Source of the DNA: Nitrosopumilaceae archaeon
Lineage (GTDB): Archaea; Thermoproteota; Nitrososphaeria; Nitrososphaerales; Nitrosopumilaceae
Assembly: GCA_052389415.1 (NCBI GenBank)
Contig: JBQTHX010000001.1
Coordinates: forward strand, 1-14,729
Direction: 5' to 3'
Length of the DNA stretch: 14,729 nt
In this document: in pieces, positions 1 through 7,787 of the stretch
Position numbering within the stretch: position 1 is the first letter of the stretch
Layout: each line of letters begins with the position of its first letter
The notes under the pieces: generated by a model
Told to the model about the DNA's origin: nothing
The model's database searches: none
The model's input: the letters and a program-made list of their open reading frames with translations, nothing else
Program-made: the position numbers and the translations under genes

Positions 1-23
1 ATTATGGCAATTTTTTTCTTCAT
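1..23 (-). CDS. 5' end of next operon gene (partial), probably prephenate/arogenate dehydrogenase
   Basis: Minus strand reads ATG AAG AAA AAA ATT GCC ATA AT (MKKKIAI...). The ATG overlaps the TGA of the upstream gene (ATGA, 20-23). K-I-A-I fits a Rossmann beta-1 strand, and the position after aroC/chorismate mutase suggests TyrA. Only 7 codons are visible. Confidence 0.5.
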
Positions 24-1384
24 TTATTCAAAGCCCTTTCAATTATTTGCATTCCGTTATCTAGTAATTTTTCTGGTTGACAAGCAGAGATTCTTACAAA
101 GTTTTGATAATTTCCAAACGCTTCTCCAGGAGCAATTGCTACTCCTTGGTCTAAAAGTTGGTTGGCAAAATCAGCAGAGTTAAAATTCTCTTTTCGAACT
201 TTACAAAACAAGTACATTGCTCCATCAGGTGCTACAAAATCTAATTGCATTTTTTTAGCCATATTTACCAATAGTTCTAGTCTGTTTTTCATGGTTTTAG
301 TATTATCGCTTGTATCCGATTCCAGTGCCTTCAAGGCAACATATTGGATTGGCTCAGCCACATTTGTGATACATAGAGCCTGAAGCTTGGCCATCCTTTC
401 TATTATCTCAGGTCGTGATATTGCATATCCAATCCTAAAGCCAGTCATCGCATGAGACTTGGAAAATGACTGTGTAATTATGCTCCTTTCATACTCGTAT
501 GAAAGGACACTCTTCCAATTAGTATATGCATAGTCAGAGTAAATCTCGTCACTTAGTATGTAGAGATTGTTTTTGATAGCCATCTGAACAATCTCGTCTT
601 GTAGTTTTGTTGGCAGTATCTTTCCAGTAGGATTGTTTGGATAGTTTAGAACAATCATCTTTGTATTTGGATTTATCATGTCTTCCATTTGATTTATCGA
701 CGGCTCCCACCTGTTCTCAAGTGATGTCTGAATGGTTCGTATCTTGATTCCAGAGTTTAGTGCATTTTCTGCATATGCAGGCCATGCAGGTTCGATAATT
801 ATCATTTCGTCTCCAGGATTCAAAAGTGCAGATATCGTCAAAAATACTGAAAATCTTGCTCCAGGGGAGATCATCACGTTGTCTGACTTGATGTTTGTAT
901 GGTATCTGTCCATATTTTTTTTTGCAAGAGCATCTCGAAACTCTGACATTCCTTTTGAGTCGCCATATTTTGTAAATCCCATGTCATAGACTTTGGCAAG
1001 CGATTCTCTTACTATCTTTGGTGGCAAAAAGTCTGGCTCACCAACTTCCATATGTATTATTTTTTTTCCTTGTCTTTCCAAAGATTTTGCTTTCAAAAAG
1101 ACAGACAGATGTGTTTGCTTGTTGATTGACTGGATTTTTATGGACTGGTTTAAAAGAAAATTTAAAAACATCGTGGCAATCTTTTCATCTAATCCTATCT
1201 CCTTGCAAAGCAAGATGACTTTGGTTCTAAGTTGACTCTCTCTTTCTTCGCTTGCAATACTCAAGTGTAGATTGTTTTTTACATTTCCAATCTTTTTTGA
1301 GATCTCGGCTCTTTCTTTTAAGAGGCGAACCATGTCAAGTGTAATTTTATCCATCTGGTCACGCAGTTTGTCTATCTCTGACAT
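20..1384 (-). CDS. AroQ-type chorismate mutase fused to class I/II PLP aminotransferase
   Basis: N-terminal ~85 aa has the AroQ pattern (LR..MD....R..I...K....ERE...S...Q). C-terminal part has HMEVGEPDF, NYPNNPTG, SDEIY, SFSKSHAMTGFRIG (PLP lysine) and RIS. Lies 2 nt downstream of aroC. Confidence 0.9.
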   Translation of the reverse strand: MSEIDKLRDQMDKITLDMVRLLKERAEISKKIGNVKNNLHLSIASEERESQLRTKVILLCKEIGLDEKIATMFLNFLLNQSIKIQSINKQTHLSVFLKAKSLERQGKKIIHMEVGEPDFLPPKIVRESLAKVYDMGFTKYGDSKGMSEFRDALAKKNMDRYHTNIKSDNVMISPGARFSVFLTISALLNPGDEMIIIEPAWPAYAENALNSGIKIRTIQTSLENRWEPSINQMEDMINPNTKMIVLNYPNNPTGKILPTKLQDEIVQMAIKNNLYILSDEIYSDYAYTNWKSVLSYEYERSIITQSFSKSHAMTGFRIGYAISRPEIIERMAKLQALCITNVAEPIQYVALKALESDTSDNTKTMKNRLELLVNMAKKMQLDFVAPDGAMYLFCKVRKENFNSADFANQLLDQGVAIAPGEAFGNYQNFVRISACQPEKLLDNGMQIIERALNK

Positions 1385-1386
1385 TT

Positions 1387-2484
1387 CTATCTCAGTACGG
1401 GTGGAATGAGACCTGATTTTATGGCATGATCTGCCAAAACTACAGAAACTAGAGAATCAACAACAGGCGGTGCTCTTGGTACAACACATGGGTCATGTCG
1501 TCCCGTAACAATAAGAGACGCAGCTTTTTTTGTCTTGAGATCAATTGTGTTCTGTTTTTTTGCAATGGATGAAGCTGGTTTAAATGCAACACGCAAAACA
1601 ATTGGCATTCCATTTGACAGTCCACCTAATATTCCACCGGAATTGTTAGTCTTTGTAACAATCCTTCCGTTTTTAATCATGTAGGGATCGTTATTTGCAT
1701 ATCCGCTGGTAGTAGAACCATAGAATCCAGAGCCAAATTCAACTCCTTTTACAGCAGGAATGGAATACAAGGCCTTTGATAGGTCAGACTCTAATGATCC
1801 AAATATTGGCTCACCTAGTCCTACGGGAATATTGGTAGTTATGGACTCGATTACTCCTCCAAGCGAATCTCCATTCTTTCTTGCAGCAAGAATTGCTGTT
1901 CGCATCTTTTGTGCTGCAGCTTTGTCAGGACATCTTACTTCGTTTGAATAAATCTCTTTTTTCATTTTTTGGTCCGCATTTGATTTCATCTTTATGTTGC
2001 CAATCTGTTTTGTATAAGAATAGGTATCAACTCCAATAGTTTTTGAAAGCAATTTTTTTGCAATTGCTCCTGCCATTACAAATGTGGCAGTTAGTCTGCC
2101 AGAAAACCTTCCACCTCCACGAAAATCATTAAACCCTTTGTACTTTGCCCATGCTGGATAGTCAGAGTGTCCTGGTCTTGGTTTTCGCATCAACTCTTCA
2201 TAATCTTTGGAATGCTGATCTTGATTCCAAATTATCATTGCAATTGGAGCTCCGGTAGTATATCCCCTAAATACGCCTGAGAGTATCTCTACAACATCTC
2301 CTTCTTTTCGTTGTGTTGAAACTAACGACTGTCCTGGTTTTCTAAGATCAAGCATCTTTTGTATGTCTTTTTCTTCTAGTTCTAGTCCCGCAGGACACCC
2401 GTCAACAACAGCTCCTACACAACGTCCATGACTTTCACCAAAACTAGTAAAACCAAATCTTTCTCCAATCGAACTTCCAAGCAT
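1387..2484 (-). CDS. aroC: Chorismate synthase
   Basis: Motifs GESHG, RPGHSD, GGGRFSGR, KPASSI, GRHDPC; 365 aa. Confidence 0.97.
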   Translation of the reverse strand: MLGSSIGERFGFTSFGESHGRCVGAVVDGCPAGLELEEKDIQKMLDLRKPGQSLVSTQRKEGDVVEILSGVFRGYTTGAPIAMIIWNQDQHSKDYEELMRKPRPGHSDYPAWAKYKGFNDFRGGGRFSGRLTATFVMAGAIAKKLLSKTIGVDTYSYTKQIGNIKMKSNADQKMKKEIYSNEVRCPDKAAAQKMRTAILAARKNGDSLGGVIESITTNIPVGLGEPIFGSLESDLSKALYSIPAVKGVEFGSGFYGSTTSGYANNDPYMIKNGRIVTKTNNSGGILGGLSNGMPIVLRVAFKPASSIAKKQNTIDLKTKKAASLIVTGRHDPCVVPRAPPVVDSLVSVVLADHAIKSGLIPPVLR

Positions 2485-2506
2485 TACATAAAATTCTTTG
2501 TTCGAT

Positions 2507-2514
2507 GCTTATAA
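2507..2514 (-). promoter_or_regulatory. Putative TATA box for aroC
   Basis: TTATAA on the minus strand about 25-30 nt upstream of the aroC ATG (2484), inside a 128-bp intergenic gap. Confidence 0.45.
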
Positions 2515-2612
2515 TTCTTCTATGATAAAAATCACAATTTTCTTGTCTATGATGCTTCATCACTAATGCATCTTAACTCTTGATTTTGAAACTAAAAAGC
2601 AATATTCAAAAC

Positions 2613-3881
2613 CTATTGTGAAAGAATCTTTGCACCTACATTGTTCATGTCCTTTATGAAACTAGGAAAAGAAACATCGACTGATTCTGAATCAGATACA
2701 GTACAGTTGCCAACATACATCCCAGCTATGCAAAAAGCCATAAACAGTCTATGGTCATCCGAAGAGTCAAGATCAGCACTTTTTAGATTTGATGCAGATT
2801 CGAGAATTATGCCATCTTCCTTTTCTTGCACCTTAATCCCAAGTTTTGCTAGTTCTCGTGCTAGTATGGCAATTCTGTCTGTCTCTTTGTATCTTGCGTG
2901 TTTTACATTGTAAATATCGATTTGTTTTCCAGACTTGAGTGAAAGAATTGCCATTGCCGGCAATAGATCAGGCGTATTTGACAAATCAAACCTTCCACCC
3001 TCTAGTACTGGTGGACTGGTTACTGTAATGATGTCATCCTTAATGTTTACTCTAACACCCATCTTTTGAAGATGCGATATTATCTCTCTGTCTCCCTGTG
3101 GCAAGTCGTCAATAGAAGCATGTACCTCAAAGTTCTCTCCAAGGAGTACTCCTGCAGACAAGAGCAACGCCATGCTAGAAAAATCAGAGGGTATTACAAA
3201 ATTTGTAGGTACATAATCTTGTCGGGGAATTTTGTATTTTTTATATGGAGAAAGAATTTCTACAGAAACTCCAAATTTTTTCATTGAAGAGATGGTTGCA
3301 TCAAGATACGGTTTTGATACTAGATAACCCTCGATGTTTAATGTTATTCCATTTTCTGTTTTTGGTCCTGCAATCATTAAAGCAGAAACGAATTGGCTAG
3401 ATACCGAACCAGGTATCCTGATCTCACCCCCACGAATTTTTCCTTGTATGATTATTGGTGGTTTTCCTCCAGTAGAGGAACATCTTGCTCCAATTGATTG
3501 CAATGCATCCAGCAATAACTGCATTGGTCTTTTTCTAAGACTAGAATCTCCGTCTAAGGTAACTTTATCTTCAGAAAGCGAGGAAATTGCAGCAGCTATT
3601 CTAATTGTTGTTCCAGAGTTTGAGGCATCGATGATGAGGTTCTGTAATTTTATCTCCCCTGAACTTTCTATAGTTAAGTTGGACCCATCCATAATGATTT
3701 TTGCACCAAAGTTTTTGCACGCATTTATTGTGGCAATAGTGTCTCTTGAGAGCAAGACATTACTTAGCTTGCTTTGACCTTTTGCAAGAGACGATAAAAA
3801 TATGGCCCTATGCGTGTAACTTTTGTTGGGAGGACAGTATATCCTTCCAGAAAGCCTTGATTTTTCTATCTTACATCTCAT
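2613..3881 (-). CDS. aroA: 3-phosphoshikimate 1-carboxyvinyltransferase (EPSP synthase)
   Basis: Motifs NKSYTHR, NSGTTIR, SSQF, KETDR, DHR. Start moved from 3932 to the ATG at 3881 (MRCKIEKS, 422 aa), which overlaps the aroK 3' end by 11 nt and places KS.THR about 20 residues in, as is typical. Confidence 0.95.
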   Translation of the reverse strand: MRCKIEKSRLSGRIYCPPNKSYTHRAIFLSSLAKGQSKLSNVLLSRDTIATINACKNFGAKIIMDGSNLTIESSGEIKLQNLIIDASNSGTTIRIAAAISSLSEDKVTLDGDSSLRKRPMQLLLDALQSIGARCSSTGGKPPIIIQGKIRGGEIRIPGSVSSQFVSALMIAGPKTENGITLNIEGYLVSKPYLDATISSMKKFGVSVEILSPYKKYKIPRQDYVPTNFVIPSDFSSMALLLSAGVLLGENFEVHASIDDLPQGDREIISHLQKMGVRVNIKDDIITVTSPPVLEGGRFDLSNTPDLLPAMAILSLKSGKQIDIYNVKHARYKETDRIAILARELAKLGIKVQEKEDGIILESASNLKSADLDSSDDHRLFMAFCIAGMYVGNCTVSDSESVDVSFPSFIKDMNNVGAKILSQ

Positions 3882-4725
3882 AAACTTCAGCCTTTTTGTT
3901 GTTGATATCAGAAATCTTAACCTCGCCATCACGCGACATGAAAGCTTTTTTCACACTAGCGACGTTTCCTTTTTTTGCAATTGCTGCAATCGATGGCCCA
4001 TTACCTGAAACTGATGCTGCAAGTGCTCCTGCTTCTATAAGATCTGTAAGAATTCTAGGATCAGAATTTAGTATGGTTGAAGTTGCAAGGCCATTTAGTA
4101 TCATAGCGTTCCAATAATCTGAATTGCTAGCAAGTGACCATGCCTGTGCAAAGACCTTATCAAGAATCTTTAGCTTGGCAACATTTCCCCTCTTTCTTGA
4201 TTTTGGAATGAATATGATAGCTGTTAGATCTTCTGGGGCTTTTTCAGATTTTACAATTTTCAATCCAAGATTATCCGTAACAACAAAGCCTCCGAAATAG
4301 CAAGCGCAAGCATCATCAAATGCTCCAGTAATGCTTACTTTGGATTCAATGGAAGCTTCCACACCATGTCTTAAAACTTCAAGATCATCTATCTGTGGTC
4401 TGAATAGTTTGGCACAAGCTAAAGATATTACTGAAGAAATTGCACTAGAACTTTTCAATCCATATCCTGATGGTATTTCAGATTTAAGCGAGATTCTTAG
4501 TTTGGATTTTTCCAGTTCCTGTTTTGGCACAGCTTTTTCTATGACGCTTTTTATCAAGCGTGAGCTTAGGCTAGATTCTTTGTTTTCAAAGACAATACCA
4601 GTTCCCTGAGTCGCTTCTATGATTGATTCTACATTTAGCGAAATTCCAAGCGTTGCACCTTTTCCTGTGGCAATAGCATTTACAATTGAGACTGCACCAT
4701 GCATAACTGCCTTTGCTGTTGGCAT
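3871..4725 (-). CDS. aroK: Archaeal (GHMP-family) shikimate kinase
   Basis: GAVSIVNAIATGKG, EIPSGYGLKSSSA (GHMP P-loop), SITGAFDDA, VSGNGPS; operon context. Confidence 0.95.
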   Translation of the reverse strand: MPTAKAVMHGAVSIVNAIATGKGATLGISLNVESIIEATQGTGIVFENKESSLSSRLIKSVIEKAVPKQELEKSKLRISLKSEIPSGYGLKSSSAISSVISLACAKLFRPQIDDLEVLRHGVEASIESKVSITGAFDDACACYFGGFVVTDNLGLKIVKSEKAPEDLTAIIFIPKSRKRGNVAKLKILDKVFAQAWSLASNSDYWNAMILNGLATSTILNSDPRILTDLIEAGALAASVSGNGPSIAAIAKKGNVASVKKAFMSRDGEVKISDINNKKAEVYEM

Positions 4726-4726
4726 T

Positions 4727-5548
4727 CTAAAATCTCCCCAAAAGTGTTAGCTTCATTGCTTCATAAGGCGCTTTTCTTTTTGTCCAGATCTCAAAGGAAC
4801 GCATTGCTTGAGCAAGAAGCATCTCCCAACCATATATGATGGTCGCACCTTGTTTTTTTGACTGTTCAAGTAATTCTGTATCCACTGGCATGTAAACTAT
4901 GTCGTAAACTATACAATTCTTGTTTATCTTTCTTGTAGATATGGGGCTGATATTATTTTTCATACCAACCGAGGTTGCATTTACGATGAAATTGAAATTT
5001 CCAGCAATCTCGCCTGCGTTGGTTAGATCAGTATATTCAGATCCCAACCCTAGATTGTTGGCAAATTTAACAAGTTCCTCTGCTTTTTCTCTAGTTCTAT
5101 TTGCTATTGTGATTTTGTGAGCCTTTTCTTTTGCAAATGCTGCCACAATGGCCCTGGCGGCTCCACCTGCACCAATGAGCAATACGTTGGCACCATTGCA
5201 GCTTTGGTTTCTTTGTTTTATCGGTTCCAAAAAACCATCTATGTCCGTATTGTATCCTTTTAATTTTCCATTTTCATTGTTAACCGTATTTGTAGCTCCG
5301 ATAGTTCTGCAATCTTCGTCTGTATCATCAAGAAACTTCATCACTTCAATCTTGTGTGGTATTGTCACATTAAATCCTGCAATGTTGATACGCTTTAACG
5401 CATCAATTCCTTCAGCCAACTCTCCTCTTGGAATTCGATATGCAATGTATGTACAATCCATGCCAAGAAAGGCAAAGGCAGCATTGTGTATGGCAGGTGA
5501 GAGCGAATGATCAATTGGATCGCCTATTACAGCGTATGTCTTTGTCAT
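4727..5548 (-). CDS. aroE: Shikimate dehydrogenase
   Basis: GDPIDHSLSP, NVTIPHK, NTD, GAGGAARA, NATSVGM, DIVY, G.EML..Q. Confidence 0.97.
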   Translation of the reverse strand: MTKTYAVIGDPIDHSLSPAIHNAAFAFLGMDCTYIAYRIPRGELAEGIDALKRINIAGFNVTIPHKIEVMKFLDDTDEDCRTIGATNTVNNENGKLKGYNTDIDGFLEPIKQRNQSCNGANVLLIGAGGAARAIVAAFAKEKAHKITIANRTREKAEELVKFANNLGLGSEYTDLTNAGEIAGNFNFIVNATSVGMKNNISPISTRKINKNCIVYDIVYMPVDTELLEQSKKQGATIIYGWEMLLAQAMRSFEIWTKRKAPYEAMKLTLLGRF

Positions 5549-5552
5549 GCTA

Positions 5553-6227
5553 TTATTTTTTCAATTTGAAGATTGATTTAACTTCATCTAGGCTAAACTG
5601 TCCTGGCGCAATAGGTTTACCAAGTGAGACATATGTGTAGGGACTGCCAAACTGAGTACAAAGGATCCTTGACATGCGCCCAGCTTCCCCCATGGCAAAG
5701 GCGATAAGTCGCTGGTCTTTTGGCAGATTCTTGTACAAAGATAATACCTTCATGGAATCACCTATCGCATTTGCTGTCGTAACAATCTTGATATTTTTTG
5801 AAAACTTGGTCATCTGCCTTAACTTTTTTTTCAATAAATTCTCATTGGGAGTCTTTTTAAATTCATGCCACGAGATAAGCAAATCAGTTCTTGTTCTTTT
5901 TAGAAATTGGTTCAGGTTCTTGTTTTTTCTTATGGTGTTATATTCAACATCTAGAAGACAAGGATTGTATTCTGCAATTAACTTTAGTATGGAAATCCTG
6001 TCTTTTTCATCAGAAGAAAACTTGCCTCCTTCAGATCTTGGTCTTAGAGTACAAACGCATCTTTTCAAATCTTTTTTTACAAGCTCCAATGCAATTGGAA
6101 TCTTGGCTGGCTTCATAAAATCAAATCGTAGCTCTGCATAATCTGATCTCTTTAATGCTTTTGTTAAAACTCTGTGTAATTTCTCTGGATTTGATTCTGC
6201 TAGAGCAACACAGGTCTTATTTACCAT
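5553..6227 (-). CDS. aroD: Type I 3-dehydroquinate dehydratase
   Basis: ELRFD, TLRP..EGG, SWH, KIV (Schiff-base Lys), FAMG..G..SR, APGQ. Confidence 0.95.
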   Translation of the reverse strand: MVNKTCVALAESNPEKLHRVLTKALKRSDYAELRFDFMKPAKIPIALELVKKDLKRCVCTLRPRSEGGKFSSDEKDRISILKLIAEYNPCLLDVEYNTIRKNKNLNQFLKRTRTDLLISWHEFKKTPNENLLKKKLRQMTKFSKNIKIVTTANAIGDSMKVLSLYKNLPKDQRLIAFAMGEAGRMSRILCTQFGSPYTYVSLGKPIAPGQFSLDEVKSIFKLKK

Positions 6228-6357
6228 ATTTTGGGTATGAAATTACAAAATAAAGGCGTTTGTTCAACGCATTTGGGGAAAAACCCAGTAAGAAATACTA
6301 AAAAGAATTCTAGTTTTATCTGTTTTATTAAATCATTTTGTGTCAAAATTTCAAATA

Positions 6358-6364
6358 TTAAATA
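6358..6364 (+). promoter_or_regulatory. Putative TATA box for the methyltransferase gene
   Basis: TTAAATA 22-28 nt upstream of the ATG at 6386. Confidence 0.4.
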
Positions 6365-6385
6365 GATAGCCAAATTATGATTTTC

Positions 6386-7231
6386 ATGTGGAAATCAAAC
6401 TCTATTGTAAAGGCAGACTCTCGTAATCTATCAAAAATAGGCAGGGACAAAGTTACACTTACTGTAACTTCACCACCATATCATAATGCAATAAACTACC
6501 AAGAACATCAAACTTCGAACAAATGGTACCGAGGAACTGTAGGTGTGTCACTTGATAGCTGGGTTGATGAAATGAAAGAAGTATTTTCTCAGGTATACAT
6601 GGTCACAAAACCAGGTGGCTATTGTTGTATAGTTATTGGGAACGAACTTGTAGAGGGAAAAATAAAACATCCATTGCCTGCTATCTTGCTTGTCGAACTA
6701 ACAAGAAAAGAGATTGGATGGAAATTTTTTGAAGAAATTATTTGGAATAAAGTTACAGGTGGAAAAAAAAGATTCAGAGTGACAGTACAACACCCATATC
6801 CAACATATTACTATCCAAATATAATGCACGAACAAATTATTATTCTTCGAAAACCGCCATTTTCTAACATCAAGGACAAAAAAAGCAAATTAAAAATTAA
6901 TGACTTGATGAAAAAAGAAACCGCAAAATCTGTTTGGCATATCGCCCCTGTTCCACCAAGTTATAGAAAGTTTCATCCAGCTGCCTTCCCAGAAGAAATC
7001 CCTTACAGATTGATTCAGTTGTATAGTAACGTAGGAGATCTGGTTTTAGATCCATTTGTTGGAAGCGGTCAAACAACTAAGATGGCCAGGTTTCTCAAGC
7101 GAAAGTATATCGGATTAGACAAGTCTGCCAAGTATGTAAAAATAGCCCAGAAGCGAACAGCCCAACTGCCATCCCTTAGAAGCATGCAACTAGTTCCATA
7201 TTGGAAGAGACCAGAACCCCTTGACATCTGA
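6386..7231 (+). CDS. Beta-class N4/N6 DNA methyltransferase (probably N4-cytosine), no adjacent endonuclease
   Basis: Catalytic motif IV TSPPY near the N-terminus, IIWNK, HE, HPAAFPEE, and SAM-binding motif I LDPFVGSG near the C-terminus (beta order). SPPY is typical of N4-C enzymes. Start 6386 is preferred over 6377 from TATA spacing. Confidence 0.9.
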   Translation: MWKSNSIVKADSRNLSKIGRDKVTLTVTSPPYHNAINYQEHQTSNKWYRGTVGVSLDSWVDEMKEVFSQVYMVTKPGGYCCIVIGNELVEGKIKHPLPAILLVELTRKEIGWKFFEEIIWNKVTGGKKRFRVTVQHPYPTYYYPNIMHEQIIILRKPPFSNIKDKKSKLKINDLMKKETAKSVWHIAPVPPSYRKFHPAAFPEEIPYRLIQLYSNVGDLVLDPFVGSGQTTKMARFLKRKYIGLDKSAKYVKIAQKRTAQLPSLRSMQLVPYWKRPEPLDI

Positions 7232-7276
7232 TCCGGAGATCGTAAAGGTTATCTACGAAACTCTCTGAATCAAATC

Positions 7277-7486
7277 GTGGTTACATCAAATACCAAAAGC
7301 TATTTCCGAAGCGTTGAAAATAGCCACAGAAAATATACTTCTGCAATAAAAAAGGCAAAAACAAGACAAGGAATGATGAACATATACTGGAGACATAAGC
7401 GGGAACACGAAGCAATTCTTAGAAAACATCTAAGAGAAGAGATGGCAGAAGTAAATCAACTAAAAAAGAAAATAAAAAGAAGATAA
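7277..7486 (+). CDS. Small basic helical hypothetical protein (69 aa)
   Basis: GTG start, preceded by AAAGGTTATCT (BRE/TATA-like) about 23-33 nt upstream and followed by T-tracts. 20 K/R versus 6 acidic residues, no Pro. Confidence 0.75.
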   Translation: MVTSNTKSYFRSVENSHRKYTSAIKKAKTRQGMMNIYWRHKREHEAILRKHLREEMAEVNQLKKKIKRR

Positions 7487-7510
7487 TTCTTTTTTAATAA
7501 TTTTTTATTT
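7487..7510 (+). terminator. Putative oligo-T archaeal terminator
   Basis: TTCTTTTTTAATAATTTTTTATTT immediately after the stop of the 69-aa ORF. Confidence 0.45.
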
Positions 7511-7574
7511 CATCCAAAATTCAATACCGTTGCGTATGAAACGGCGTGACAATTTTTCTTATTATTGATAAAAA

Positions 7575-7736
7575 TTAAGCCGGTCTAATACTTCCACTTT
7601 TTTGGCCAAATGCTGCATAACAACTAGAATGATATGCCTTGTTATTTACAAAAACCAATGCACCTCTAGTTATTCCTTGTCTGCAAATTACACATAGATC
7701 GACAAACTGTGTCTCTCTATCATTTTCTGGCACCAT
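7575..7736 (-). CDS. Zinc-finger microprotein, half-LIM-like (C-x2-C-x17-H-x2-C), 53 aa
   Basis: CVICRQGITRGALVFVNNKAYHSSCY. ATG at 7736 is preferred to 7760 because TTTAAA (7760-7765) lies 24-29 nt upstream of it. Confidence 0.7.
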   Translation of the reverse strand: MVPENDRETQFVDLCVICRQGITRGALVFVNNKAYHSSCYAAFGQKSGSIRPA

Positions 7737-7787
7737 GTGTGGGTAACTTGAATTAATCATTTAAAGAATTCTGTATTATGAAAATAT

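Noticed and set aside
3882-3932. 17-aa N-terminal extension of aroA in the ORF track
   Set aside because: It lies inside aroK; the ATG at 3881 gives a normal EPSP synthase N-terminus.
162-6141. Plus-strand ORFs of 60-155 aa opposite the aro genes (e.g. 3334-3777, 5148-5510, 5674-6141)
   Set aside because: Antisense shadows of well-supported genes, rich in Ser/Phe/Ile as expected for the reverse frame, with no motifs.
6763-6770. A8 tract in the methyltransferase as a phase-variation switch
   Set aside because: Similar A/T runs occur in housekeeping genes throughout this AT-rich window, and the frame is intact.
7527-7544. CCGTT-N8-AACGG hairpin between convergent small genes as an ncRNA
   Set aside because: Only a 5-bp stem, with no tRNA or sRNA features recognisable.
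6228-7787. Islet as a mobile element with target-site duplication (TATGAAA near both ends)
   Set aside because: A 7-bp AT-rich match is expected by chance, and there is no recombinase, transposase or terminal inverted repeat.
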